A stretch of 64,000 bases of DNA. Origin: Candidatus Dojkabacteria bacterium. Lineage in GTDB: Bacteria > Patescibacteriota > Dojkabacteria > SC72. Each line of letters begins with the position of its first letter. Position 1 is the first letter of the stretch. The notes under the pieces are model-generated. The model was given only the letters and a program-made list of their open reading frames with translations. It searched no databases and was not told the origin of the DNA. The DNA is taken from NCBI GenBank assembly GCA_050950165.1, contig JBMNHC010000001.1:389738-453737 (forward strand), given 5' to 3'. Below, in pieces: positions 30,359-39,922 of the stretch. A program made the position numbers and the translations under genes.

Positions 30359-33148
30359 ATGAAAAAGAAAAAATTTAAGAAAGTACTCATATGTAGCGGG
30401 TACCTTTTTTTAGGTATTTTCTTTTTTGTACTAATCTTTATCTTAATAAACAAAACCCTCAGAAAAGAAAACGAAGATATCATAGGAGTAGCTGATAGTA
30501 ATACATATTTTAGAAATATTAACCCTAAATTTAGTATAGACTTTGTAGATGGAGAATATATTAGATTTGAAAGTGTAGGCTCATATAAAAACCCTTTTGA
30601 AGAGAAAAAAATATCTCTCTTTCAAAAAATAAAACAATATCTCCAATTTAAGAACAAAAGAGAAGGAATTGAGATAAAACTAGAATCAATATCATATGAC
30701 AAAGAAATAGAAGATATTACAGGAAAAGAATTCTTAGAATCAGAATTAAACAGAAGTATAGAACTAATAGATGGTAAAAAAATAATATCTAAAAACATAT
30801 ACAGAGGAATAGATATAGAGTATGAAGTAGTAAAAGGAAAAGGACTTAAAGAAGAAATAGTCCTAAGAGATATCCCAGAGTACAAAACAGTTTGTGAAAA
30901 GAAAGAATGTATATTACCTGCTAACAGATATATCTTTAAAATTACACTAGATGAAGGATTACAACTAAAAAGAAGTATTACTAATCTAAAAGAATACCCA
31001 GCAGGAACATATTATGTAGTAGATAAGAAAGGAAATTACTTCGTACACCTCTTACCAGAATTTGCAGTAGATGCGTTAGGAAATAAAACGAGTAACTTAG
31101 ATATTGTCATCGAACCTTTAGAGAAAAACAATGAATACCTCTATAAATTAACACTAGATGCACAATGGCTACTTAGTAATGAAAGGGCCTTCCCTGTAAG
31201 AATAGACCCCAGTATTGTGCATGACAGCCTGTTAGCTCTAGATTTAGGAACATATGACAGAGTAGCATCGGACCAAACATCAACAGTAAGATTAGATAGT
31301 GCACTTAGCGGAGAATATACCTCTTCAATTTTGGATCTTGGAAGTAATGCATCTCTTGATGATATTAGATGGAGTACTTTTGCTCAAGCAACAGGAGATA
31401 GATATATTCCCTTTTCTCAATTAAGAATCATCTTAGAAGAGAATCTCTCTAATATGGTTGTTGGAAAAGACAAACAAACAAAAACATTTAATATCCCATT
31501 AGAACAAAGCTCTTTCTTTACAATAGAGAGTTGGATATATCAAAGATATGTTGGTGAGTACAACTTAGAAAACATCTTTAGATCTTCTTTGGGTAATATA
31601 GTAGTTAGTGATGGTGTGTACGGTTTCCAAAATACAAATGGAAACATCTTTAAATTTAATATCCCTGTTAAATATAACGCTTGGGTACATCTTGCTGTAA
31701 TATTTGACTTAGAAGATAATCAACTCTCTCTATACATAGATGGTAAGGAAGAAAAAATATCTGTAGACTTTGCAAACAAAACAACCCTAACTCAAGTAAT
31801 CTTAGGAGGTACTAACAGTATCTATGGACATATTGATCTACTAAGAGCATACAGTAGACTACTAACAAGCTACGAAATAATATCTAACTCTCAATATACT
31901 GACCTTTTCCTTACATACAGAGAGAGTGAAAACGGAAAAGAGTGGAGAGATTGGAAGTACAGTTTAATACCAATACTCTCACCAGAGCTAAGAGAGAAAG
32001 AAATATATATCAAGACCGATAACAGTGTGATTAATGATGATACCGTCTTAACTTTTCTCTCTCAATCGGACAAAGCAGAGGAAGTATATATAAGTGGAAG
32101 CCCTATAGAGGCGGGAGTAGAAGATACTAATACTACTCTTTTAGACAAAACAAACAACACCTACACTATGGAAAATATCAAATATCTCGATCTATGGTTT
32201 AGCCCACAACAAAATGAGAACCTCTGCTTACTTAATATATCAAATTCCATTTTAGAAACTAATACAGACGGCAAAATACTACTTAAAACACCAAACAAAA
32301 CCCTCTTCTCCGAAGACTCATATATATTAGGTAAACAAAATCATATAGCAATAAAAGTAGAAAATACTAGATTAATATTCTTTCTCAATGGAAACAGAAC
32401 CAGTATAGAGATACCAAACTACCAATTACCCCCTGAAGGAAGTTATAGCATCTCTCAAAACTGTAGTAGTGGCTTAGGAGAAGCTACTGTAGAAAAAGTT
32501 AGAATATCCTCTGAAGAAAATATAGATGTGTATGAAGTAGCTAATATTGAAAACAGAAAATATATAACTACACCTACATTTAAAGCAACACTATCCAATC
32601 CTCTCTTTGCTGAAAACAAGAATATGTACCTCAAAGAAGAAACTAACTCATCCAACTATGTCCAAAACTTAAATGCAGAAGATATACTTGTGATAGAAGA
32701 AGGAGAGTATAAATTAGAAGGAAAAGTTGTACAAATAGATAAAGCAACAGGATTAGTAGAAGTAGAACAGTGGAGTGGGCAGTTCCCATCAACAGGCTTT
32801 ACTAATCAAGCGAGGATATATAAATGGCAAAGAGAATATATACCAGTAAAAAGATATATAGATAGTGATAGTAGTATCTTTTTGAATAGTAGAGATAATT
32901 TAGTTCTAAAAGACATACAGCTAATATCTTTTCCTAAAGAAGATAACTCTTTACTACCTATGAATAATCTTGAGACAGCATATCTACAATACAAATTTGT
33001 ATTCTTTTCAAAACTCCTAGGCTTAACACCGTATCTTTCTAGTGTTAATATTAACTATACAAACAGTAGGCCTGCGATGGAGCAGATAATGAGACATGGT
33101 AAATGGTTTAGTGATAAAGGAGAAGAGCCCTTCTGGTGGGCTAAATAA
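30359..33148 (+). CDS. Membrane-anchored surface protein with LamG/concanavalin-A-like domain(s)
   Basis: N-terminal TM helix, AFPVRIDPS and FTIESWI..WVHLAVIFD..LYIDG..GHIDLLRAYSRLL. Starts 3 bp after the adhesin stop. Confidence 0.75.
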   Translation: MKKKKFKKVLICSGYLFLGIFFFVLIFILINKTLRKENEDIIGVADSNTYFRNINPKFSIDFVDGEYIRFESVGSYKNPFEEKKISLFQKIKQYLQFKNKREGIEIKLESISYDKEIEDITGKEFLESELNRSIELIDGKKIISKNIYRGIDIEYEVVKGKGLKEEIVLRDIPEYKTVCEKKECILPANRYIFKITLDEGLQLKRSITNLKEYPAGTYYVVDKKGNYFVHLLPEFAVDALGNKTSNLDIVIEPLEKNNEYLYKLTLDAQWLLSNERAFPVRIDPSIVHDSLLALDLGTYDRVASDQTSTVRLDSALSGEYTSSILDLGSNASLDDIRWSTFAQATGDRYIPFSQLRIILEENLSNMVVGKDKQTKTFNIPLEQSSFFTIESWIYQRYVGEYNLENIFRSSLGNIVVSDGVYGFQNTNGNIFKFNIPVKYNAWVHLAVIFDLEDNQLSLYIDGKEEKISVDFANKTTLTQVILGGTNSIYGHIDLLRAYSRLLTSYEIISNSQYTDLFLTYRESENGKEWRDWKYSLIPILSPELREKEIYIKTDNSVINDDTVLTFLSQSDKAEEVYISGSPIEAGVEDTNTTLLDKTNNTYTMENIKYLDLWFSPQQNENLCLLNISNSILETNTDGKILLKTPNKTLFSEDSYILGKQNHIAIKVENTRLIFFLNGNRTSIEIPNYQLPPEGSYSISQNCSSGLGEATVEKVRISSEENIDVYEVANIENRKYITTPTFKATLSNPLFAENKNMYLKEETNSSNYVQNLNAEDILVIEEGEYKLEGKVVQIDKATGLVEVEQWSGQFPSTGFTNQARIYKWQREYIPVKRYIDSDSSIFLNSRDNLVLKDIQLISFPKEDNSLLPMNNLETAYLQYKFVFFSKLLGLTPYLSSVNINYTNSRPAMEQIMRHGKWFSDKGEEPFWWAK

Positions 33149-33167
33149 CTTTTTAAAAATTTAAAAT

Positions 33168-33791
33168 ATGGGACTAAAAGAAGCCTTAGGAGATAACAAA
33201 AAATTTCTCTTCTTAGCTTTTGCTTTACTCATTGTTAGTGTAATAATGATGCTCTCTTTAAACTCTAATAAATATTCTCCCATAAGACCATTAGGAGAAA
33301 GCAAAAAAACATATACTGAACCAGAACAAGTTATGCAAGAAGGTGTGGATTACAGCATTACAATAAAGACATCAGTAGGAGATATCTATGTAGACCTCTA
33401 TGAAAGTAAAGCTCCTAAGAATGTAAATAGCCTTCTCTTTTTAATAGGTGAACGATACTACGAAGACCTTACGTTCCATAAAGTAATTAAAGACTTTGTA
33501 ATACAAGCAGGAGATACTGAAGGAGATGGAAGTGGAGATCCAGGATATACCGTTACTATGGAGAATACAAAAGAGCCTTTCTCAGACTATACACTTGGAA
33601 TGGCAAATGCATCTCAATTTTTCATAGTTCTTCCTAACTCCAACAAAGACGATTTTAATGGTAAGTTTAGTCCCATAGGGAGGGTAACATCAGGCTTCGC
33701 AGTAGTCAATGCAATATCAAAAGTAGAAGTATCCAAAAACTATAAGCCCAAAAACGACATTACCATTAACTCCATACAAATTACAGAATAA
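33168..33791 (+). CDS. Cyclophilin-type peptidyl-prolyl isomerase, membrane anchored
   Basis: APKNVNS..YYEDLTFHKVIKDFVIQAGD..GSGDPGY, GMANASQFFI. Confidence 0.9.
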   Translation: MGLKEALGDNKKFLFLAFALLIVSVIMMLSLNSNKYSPIRPLGESKKTYTEPEQVMQEGVDYSITIKTSVGDIYVDLYESKAPKNVNSLLFLIGERYYEDLTFHKVIKDFVIQAGDTEGDGSGDPGYTVTMENTKEPFSDYTLGMANASQFFIVLPNSNKDDFNGKFSPIGRVTSGFAVVNAISKVEVSKNYKPKNDITINSIQITE

Positions 33792-33851
33792 CTCTCTACA
33801 GGCTGTTGATATTCAGAATTTTTTCATATCTACCATCTACAATACTAGTAG

Positions 33852-34547
33852 ATGGAGTCTTCAGTAAGAACAAAAAATATCTTAACTCTCTTTGCATTCT
33901 TTACAATGGGCTTTACTGTGGGAGTGGGGCTGGTCAGTGTAGAGAAGGAGAATCTCTTAGTTCTGCTACATCAGTTTAGGGGGGAAAGAACCTTAGGCGT
34001 GGCTGTTGAGCAGGAAACGGAGGACGTTGAAGAAGAGAAAGAAGAAGTAGTGGAGCCAGAAGTAGATCTCTGTGCAGTAAGAGTAGATATTGCAGGGGCA
34101 GTGCAAAATCCGGGGGTTTACTGTTTGGAAAAGGATAGTGCTGTAGTGGATGCGGTACAGAAAGCTGGAGGGTTTACTAGGCAGGTAGCGAAAAAGTACG
34201 TAGGAATGAGAGTAAATCTAGCTTCTCTGCTAGTAGACAATGGAAAGGTGTACATACCGCTTGAGCAAGACTCCATCTGTCAACTACTAGAGTTTAAGCT
34301 TCCCAAAGAAGTAGAAGAGATAGTGCAGACGAAAAAAACTGAACAGCAAACAACAGATACCCCTAAGGAGTGTGTCAATATAAATAGTGGAAGTAAAAGC
34401 GAGCTAGAAACTCTACCTGGCGTAGGACCATCTACAGCACAGAAAATAATAGATAATAGGCCTTACAAAGCATTAGAAGATCTATTAAATGTTAGTGGAA
34501 TAGGGGAAGTGACATATGCAAAACTTAAAGAAAAGATATGTTTATAA
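33852..34547 (+). CDS. comEA: Competence protein ComEA (SLBB + helix-hairpin-helix)
   Basis: VDIAGAVQNPGVY, VNINSGSKSELETLPGVGPSTAQKII, VSGIG. Confidence 0.92.
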   Translation: MESSVRTKNILTLFAFFTMGFTVGVGLVSVEKENLLVLLHQFRGERTLGVAVEQETEDVEEEKEEVVEPEVDLCAVRVDIAGAVQNPGVYCLEKDSAVVDAVQKAGGFTRQVAKKYVGMRVNLASLLVDNGKVYIPLEQDSICQLLEFKLPKEVEEIVQTKKTEQQTTDTPKECVNINSGSKSELETLPGVGPSTAQKIIDNRPYKALEDLLNVSGIGEVTYAKLKEKICL

Positions 34548-36067
34548 ATACAATAAAATATATATCTTGCAGAATATTAACACTAATACTGTTTTTCAAA
34601 GATGCTAAGATAGTTCCAATCTGTTTTACAATTCTGTTTTTACATATTTCAATCCAAACAAAGATAGAAAACGAAATATTTTCAAATTTCAATTTTAATT
34701 ACCAACTACTTTCCTCCAAAATCCCCATTCTCCTGTTTATCATCCCAATATTCCTTGTTTCACAGAAGGAAACCTCCATTGTTCACAATCTAGCAACATC
34801 TGCTCTTTTAGGTATAGCCATACTCTTTCTTGTTCTTTCTTCAATCTCTCTTACATATTCCCAATTTCTTTCCAAAAGAGAAAAATTCCAAGGTTTCATA
34901 GATAAAAATATCATCTTAGAAGGTAAAATACTCTCTACTGAGGATACAGATAAATATATACTGGGTAGTAGAGGAGATGAAGTAGGAAAGATACTCCTAA
35001 AATTTAATCAATTTACGACACTACATCCAGGAGTAGAGTGTAAAATACATGGTAAAGCTGTGGAACCTAAGAGTTTTGAAGATTTTGACTACAAAAAATA
35101 TCTTTACAGAAAAGGAATCTATGGAATATTAGAAGTTACTAAATATGAATGTAGTGAAAACACTTTTAATCTCTTAATCCTTAGATCAAAACTAGAAAGA
35201 ATAGTATTTAAGAACCTCTCCGAACCAGAATCCTCTCTGTTAATTGGAATCCTTGTTGGAAGTAAACAAGTATTTACAAAAGATTTTAACCTAGCATTAC
35301 AAAATTCAGGACTCTCTCATATAATCTCGGCCTCTGGATACAATGTTGCATTAGTAGCATCTATTGTAGATAGATCTTTTGGTAAAAATGGAAATAAGTT
35401 GGTAGCTTTAGTTAAAATATTCTTAATTTGGACCTTTGCAATCTTTGCAGGACTCTCATCATCACTTGTTAGAGCCTCTACAATGGCTACCATACATCTC
35501 TTTGTTCAACTTTTGGGCAGAGATATCTCTAGAGGCATCTCCATACTTCTTTGTGCTACAGTTTTAGTACTTCTTAACCCCTTCATACTCTATGATATCG
35601 GCTTCCTACTCTCATCTAGTGCTACTGTAGGACTAATATTCTTTCCTAAATGCTTCAATATTAAATCTGTATGGATTAAAGACTCTTTTCTACCTGTAAT
35701 TACATGTACAATATTTACTTTACCAGTCATCATATATTTCTTTAGTAAAATCTCCTTAGTTTCAATATTAACTAACCTCATCGCAATACCGATAGTTCAA
35801 TACACAGTAGGATTTGGAGTAGTAGTAATATTTTTAAATAGCATAAGCAATATATTTAGTTTTCTTTTCTTCATACCATATGTTCAACTTAACCTCTTTA
35901 GATATCTAGTAGAGATATCCTCTCTAATCCCATCTGTGGTGATAGAGTTTGACCCTAAGACTCTCTGCTTGATTATGTTTCTGAGCATATTTATCTTTAC
36001 TTTGTTAAAATATCCCATATCTAATGAAAATTACTACCTTAAAAAAGCTAAATCTCTCACTTCTTAA
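34538..36067 (+). CDS. comEC: ComEC/Rec2 competence protein, membrane (Competence) domain
   Basis: FDYKKYL, GLSHIISASGYNV, SLVRA, NPFILYDIGFLLS and multiple TM helices. Confidence 0.9.
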   Translation: MFINTIKYISCRILTLILFFKDAKIVPICFTILFLHISIQTKIENEIFSNFNFNYQLLSSKIPILLFIIPIFLVSQKETSIVHNLATSALLGIAILFLVLSSISLTYSQFLSKREKFQGFIDKNIILEGKILSTEDTDKYILGSRGDEVGKILLKFNQFTTLHPGVECKIHGKAVEPKSFEDFDYKKYLYRKGIYGILEVTKYECSENTFNLLILRSKLERIVFKNLSEPESSLLIGILVGSKQVFTKDFNLALQNSGLSHIISASGYNVALVASIVDRSFGKNGNKLVALVKIFLIWTFAIFAGLSSSLVRASTMATIHLFVQLLGRDISRGISILLCATVLVLLNPFILYDIGFLLSSSATVGLIFFPKCFNIKSVWIKDSFLPVITCTIFTLPVIIYFFSKISLVSILTNLIAIPIVQYTVGFGVVVIFLNSISNIFSFLFFIPYVQLNLFRYLVEISSLIPSVVIEFDPKTLCLIMFLSIFIFTLLKYPISNENYYLKKAKSLTS

Positions 36068-36869
36068 CATATTACAATTTTCCCTTTGGGTAGTAATATT
36101 CTTGATATATCTCCTTAGTGTAAAACCTTCTGATACAGTAGTATTCTTTAATATTGGGCAAGGAGATGCAATTCTAATACAGGAAGGAGATATACAGTTA
36201 TTAGTAGATGGAGGTAATGGTAGAGAGATACTGTATGAACTACCTAAATATATGCCATTCTATGACAGACATATCGAATATATATTGCTAACTCATCCTC
36301 ACGATGATCATCTAGTAGGCCTATTAAATGTCGTACAGAGATATTCTGTAGGAGAGATTCTCTACTATCCAGTCTGCTACAACAACCCAAACTATAAGAC
36401 CCTGATATCTGGCAATACAAAAGAAAGAACAATTTCAGCTGGCGACGCTATAAGCCTAAATACATTAAAAATAAATATATTGTGGCCTAGAGCAGGGGAG
36501 TTAACAGAACAGAACTGCTTTAAGTCTTTTGATGGTAATATAAATAACGATTCTGTAGTACTAGAATTTGAGTTTTTAAACAAAAACTTCCTACTTATGG
36601 CAGATGCAGAGAAAAAAGTAGAAGACATTCTAGTTACAGAAAATATTCTAACCAAAAAATATGATATCCTTAAAGCAGGACATCACTGCTCTAAAACCTC
36701 CTCTAGTGAAACCTTCCTAAAAGCCATCTCTCCCAAGTATGCCATATGTTCAAGTGGAGAAGGGAATAAGTTTGGACACCCAAGTAGTGAAACTCTGCAA
36801 AATTTCTCCAACCTTTCTGTTCAATATCTGATAACATATGAAGAAGGAAACATACAGATTAAGCAGTAG
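36024..36869 (+). CDS. ComEC C-terminal metallo-beta-lactamase-fold nuclease, encoded as a separate gene
   Basis: NIGQGDAILI, LTHPHDDHLVG, NNDSVV, LKAGHHCSKTSS, NKFGHP. Confidence 0.9.
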   Translation: MKITTLKKLNLSLLNILQFSLWVVIFLIYLLSVKPSDTVVFFNIGQGDAILIQEGDIQLLVDGGNGREILYELPKYMPFYDRHIEYILLTHPHDDHLVGLLNVVQRYSVGEILYYPVCYNNPNYKTLISGNTKERTISAGDAISLNTLKINILWPRAGELTEQNCFKSFDGNINNDSVVLEFEFLNKNFLLMADAEKKVEDILVTENILTKKYDILKAGHHCSKTSSSETFLKAISPKYAICSSGEGNKFGHPSSETLQNFSNLSVQYLITYEEGNIQIKQ

Positions 36870-36890
36870 ATATGGTAAAATTAGCTCTGA

Positions 36891-36964
36891 GTACTCGTAG
36901 CTCAATTGGATAGAGCATTGGTTTGCGGAACCAAAGGTTGACAGTTCGATTCTGTCCGAGTACG
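36891..36964 (+). tRNA. tRNA-Arg(GCG)
   Basis: GTACTCG/CGAGTAC acceptor, anticodon arm TTGGT-TTGCGGA-ACCAA. Confidence 0.92.
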
Positions 36965-36979
36965 TACTTAACAAAATGT

Positions 36980-37053
<74 letters not shown>

Positions 37054-37077
37054 TTTTGTAGTATACTTTGTAGATAT

Positions 37078-38865
37078 ATGATTCAAATTAAAGAAGAAAT
37101 ATCAAAAAATCTTTTAGAAATACTAAAAGAACTAGGATCATCTCAAGACCAAGTAGTTGTAGAACTACCAGAGAATCTTCAATTTGGAGACCTTACCTCC
37201 AATATTGCTATGCAAATATCTAAAGAATTAAGAATCTCTCCACTCGAATTAGCAAAGGAAATATCTCAGAGATACCCTAAAGATGAATATGTAGAGAAAG
37301 TAGAAGTTGCAGGACCAGGCTTTCTAAACTTCTACCTTTCGGATAGATATCTAGTGGAGGATATAGAAGAGATCTGTTCTAAAGAGAAAAACCCTTTTCA
37401 GATAGATTTAAATATTGGACAGAGATATATGGTCGAATATACAGACCCTAACCCCTTTAAAATCTTCCATATAGGGCACCTCTATACCAATACAATAGGG
37501 GAAGCCTTTGCTCGACTCCTAGAGGCTCTAGGAGCCTCTGTATCCAGATCCAACTATCAAGGAGACGTAGGTTTACACGTTGCTAAAACAATGTACGGTT
37601 TAGAATTACTTTTTAATCAAGAAGAGATATCTTTTGAGGAACTAAGTAAAAGAAGTTTAATAGAAAAAGTAGAGTATTTAGGAGAAGCATATATATTAGG
37701 ATTCAATCACTACGATGACAAAAAAAGTGAAGAAGCAATCTCAAGAGTAAGAGATATTAACTACTACATATTCTCTCTTTACATTCCTACTTTAGAAAAG
37801 AAACCCTTCTTTGACGAATTCGATAATCTAGGAATGAAAGAATGGTATCTTAAAGGAAAAGATTGGTGTTTAGAATATTTCGAAAGAATTTACAGAAGAC
37901 TAGGTACCAAGTTCAACAACTATTATCTAGAAAGTGATATGAGTAATAAAGGGTTAAATCTTGTACTTGAGAATACCAAACCTAATGGCAAAGGCATATT
38001 CGAACAAGACCAAGGCTCTGTTATCTACAGAGCAGATGAATCTAAGGGATTACACACAAGAGTCTTTGTTAACAGTGATGGGCTTCCTACATATGAAGCA
38101 AAAGAGTTAGCCTTAGCTTTTCAAAAGTTTAATGATGAAGAACTCGATGAATCTATTACAATCACTGGAAACGAGCAAAGTGGTTACTTCAAAGTGGTTT
38201 TCGATGCCATCGAGCAATTACAACCTCAATTTGCTAAGAAGTCTAAACACTTCTCTCACGGTATGGTAAAGTTGCCTAATTCTCAAAAAATGTCTAGTAG
38301 AAAAGGAGAGATAATTGGTGGAGAATGGTTACTAAATGAAACAAGAGACGCTGTAAAAAAGTTAATGGAAGAGAGTAGCTCTGTAGTAGAAGGAGATATT
38401 GATGAAATTAGTGATAAGATTGCAGTAGCTGCAGTTAAATATTCCTTCTTAAAAGTATCTGTAGGTAAAGACCTAGTATTTGACTTGAATAAATCTATTA
38501 GCTTCGATGGCGATACAGGACCATACCTTCTCTATGTATATGCTAGGTGCAAATCTCTACTAGAAGGGCAAAGCTTTGACTGCTCAGGAAGTGATCTTAA
38601 TTTCAAAAACCCTCATATTAAAGACTTAGCCAGAGCTATTAGCAAGTACCGAGAGGTATTGCTAAGCTCTGCTCTTAATTACTCTCCAAATATACTATGC
38701 TCATATCTCTTCAATTTGGGGCAAGCATTTAACTCTCTTTATCAAAATGTAAGAATCTTAGACTCTCAAGAGAAAGAATCTCTCCTCTTACTTGTTAATG
38801 CTACTGCAGAGGTAATGAAGCATGGACTCTGCACACTAGGAATAGATGTTGTAGAGAGAATGTAG
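37078..38865 (+). CDS. argS: Arginyl-tRNA synthetase
   Basis: FGDLTSNIAM, GPGFLNF, PNPFKIFHIGH, KMSSRKG, GDTGPYLLYVYAR, C-terminal ERM. Start moved to ATG 37078 because the track's start lies inside tRNA-Arg. Confidence 0.96.
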   Translation: MIQIKEEISKNLLEILKELGSSQDQVVVELPENLQFGDLTSNIAMQISKELRISPLELAKEISQRYPKDEYVEKVEVAGPGFLNFYLSDRYLVEDIEEICSKEKNPFQIDLNIGQRYMVEYTDPNPFKIFHIGHLYTNTIGEAFARLLEALGASVSRSNYQGDVGLHVAKTMYGLELLFNQEEISFEELSKRSLIEKVEYLGEAYILGFNHYDDKKSEEAISRVRDINYYIFSLYIPTLEKKPFFDEFDNLGMKEWYLKGKDWCLEYFERIYRRLGTKFNNYYLESDMSNKGLNLVLENTKPNGKGIFEQDQGSVIYRADESKGLHTRVFVNSDGLPTYEAKELALAFQKFNDEELDESITITGNEQSGYFKVVFDAIEQLQPQFAKKSKHFSHGMVKLPNSQKMSSRKGEIIGGEWLLNETRDAVKKLMEESSSVVEGDIDEISDKIAVAAVKYSFLKVSVGKDLVFDLNKSISFDGDTGPYLLYVYARCKSLLEGQSFDCSGSDLNFKNPHIKDLARAISKYREVLLSSALNYSPNILCSYLFNLGQAFNSLYQNVRILDSQEKESLLLLVNATAEVMKHGLCTLGIDVVERM

Positions 38866-38886
38866 TTAATTTCTCACTCTTAATCT

Positions 38887-39066
38887 ATGTTTTTTAAAAG
38901 ATATTGGATATTTTTCCTAGCAATATTTTACATATTTCTACCTACAGACCTAATACCAGATGCAATACCTTTTTTGGGTGGAGTAGATGACTCTTTACTA
39001 CTCATATTAGGATTAATTAAAAGGTATATAGAGTATAGGAAGGAGCAGAAAGAAGCCGGGGTGTAG
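38887..39066 (+). CDS. Small DUF1232/YkvA-family membrane protein (59 aa)
   Basis: Below the track's length cut-off. Translates as MFFKRYWIFFLAIFYIFLPTDLIPDAIPFLGGVDDSLLLILGLIKRYIEYRKEQKEAGV*, with the Y..P.DLIPD.IP..G..DD signature. Confidence 0.85.
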   Translation: MFFKRYWIFFLAIFYIFLPTDLIPDAIPFLGGVDDSLLLILGLIKRYIEYRKEQKEAGV

Positions 39067-39130
39067 TTCAGATGGCTAGAACGCTACGTTCGGGACGTAG
39101 AGGTCGCCTGTTCAAGTCAGGTCACCCCGA
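39057..39130 (+). tRNA. tRNA-Pro(CGG)
   Basis: CGGGGTG/CACCCCG acceptor, anticodon arm CTACG-TTCGGGA-CGTAG. Confidence 0.93.
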
Positions 39131-39359
39131 TATGTATAAGGGTCATATTTTTACCAAAACAAGTACAAAACTAGACATAGTATTCCGTATTTACGAACTC
39201 TCGCTTAAAAATACACAGAGCTGTGAAAGAATATTAAAGTAATTGTGTTATAGTGGTAATCCTAATCAGTGTGGAACATACTTAAAACTAAAGTTTAAAG
39301 TTGCAATCCTTCTGTATACAATATATACTTCTCCACCCTCTAATTTATTCTAAAATAGT

Positions 39360-39848
39360 ATGGAAGATTTAAACCAAAAGTTTAATTTTATAATAGTAGG
39401 AAATTCTACTGGTAAGAATAAATTTATCCAAGAACTATTCAATGAAGCCAATATACAGCCTACTATGATAGTAAAAGGAGAACATTGGCTTAGAACAATC
39501 TCTAGCGTACTAAAAACATACAAAGAGAGGAAACTACCTGTAATATTTCTTGACGAGAAATTTGGAGGAGACCAATTAGATACAGGCTCTTCAATATATG
39601 CAACCTTAATAGGACGAACAGATGATAAAGGAGGGATTCTTTTCCCCATATCCCCATTTAGAGAATTACAGTTGGAGAAATGGGCTGAGGAGGATGAGAA
39701 ATATAAAAGAGAAGAACAAGGTAAATGGTATATTGCAAAAGAACTAGATCCCTTCTTGGGCAATCTTACTATAGAGAACATTAAAGAGGTATGTAATACT
39801 TATCTAGAAGGAGAAAATGAGTATAGATTGGAGATAGAAAAAGAGTAA
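39360..39848 (+). CDS. Hypothetical protein, weakly receiver-domain-like
   Basis: 162-aa ORF with typical codon usage. PVIFLDEKFGG..TG resembles the REC phospho-acceptor strand. Confidence 0.6.
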   Translation: MEDLNQKFNFIIVGNSTGKNKFIQELFNEANIQPTMIVKGEHWLRTISSVLKTYKERKLPVIFLDEKFGGDQLDTGSSIYATLIGRTDDKGGILFPISPFRELQLEKWAEEDEKYKREEQGKWYIAKELDPFLGNLTIENIKEVCNTYLEGENEYRLEIEKE

Positions 39849-39922
39849 TCCCTCTATTGCGAAGCTACCCCCTTTGATATATCATAAAAAAATAAACGAA
39901 TAAGTTTAGTAACTACTGCCCA

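Noticed and set aside
36024-36067. Programmed -1 frameshift joining the two ComEC halves at AAAAAAG
   Set aside because: Joining would need a +1 shift, since A-AAA-AAG is phased in the downstream frame. The second ORF has its own ATG and TM segment, and split ComEC is common.
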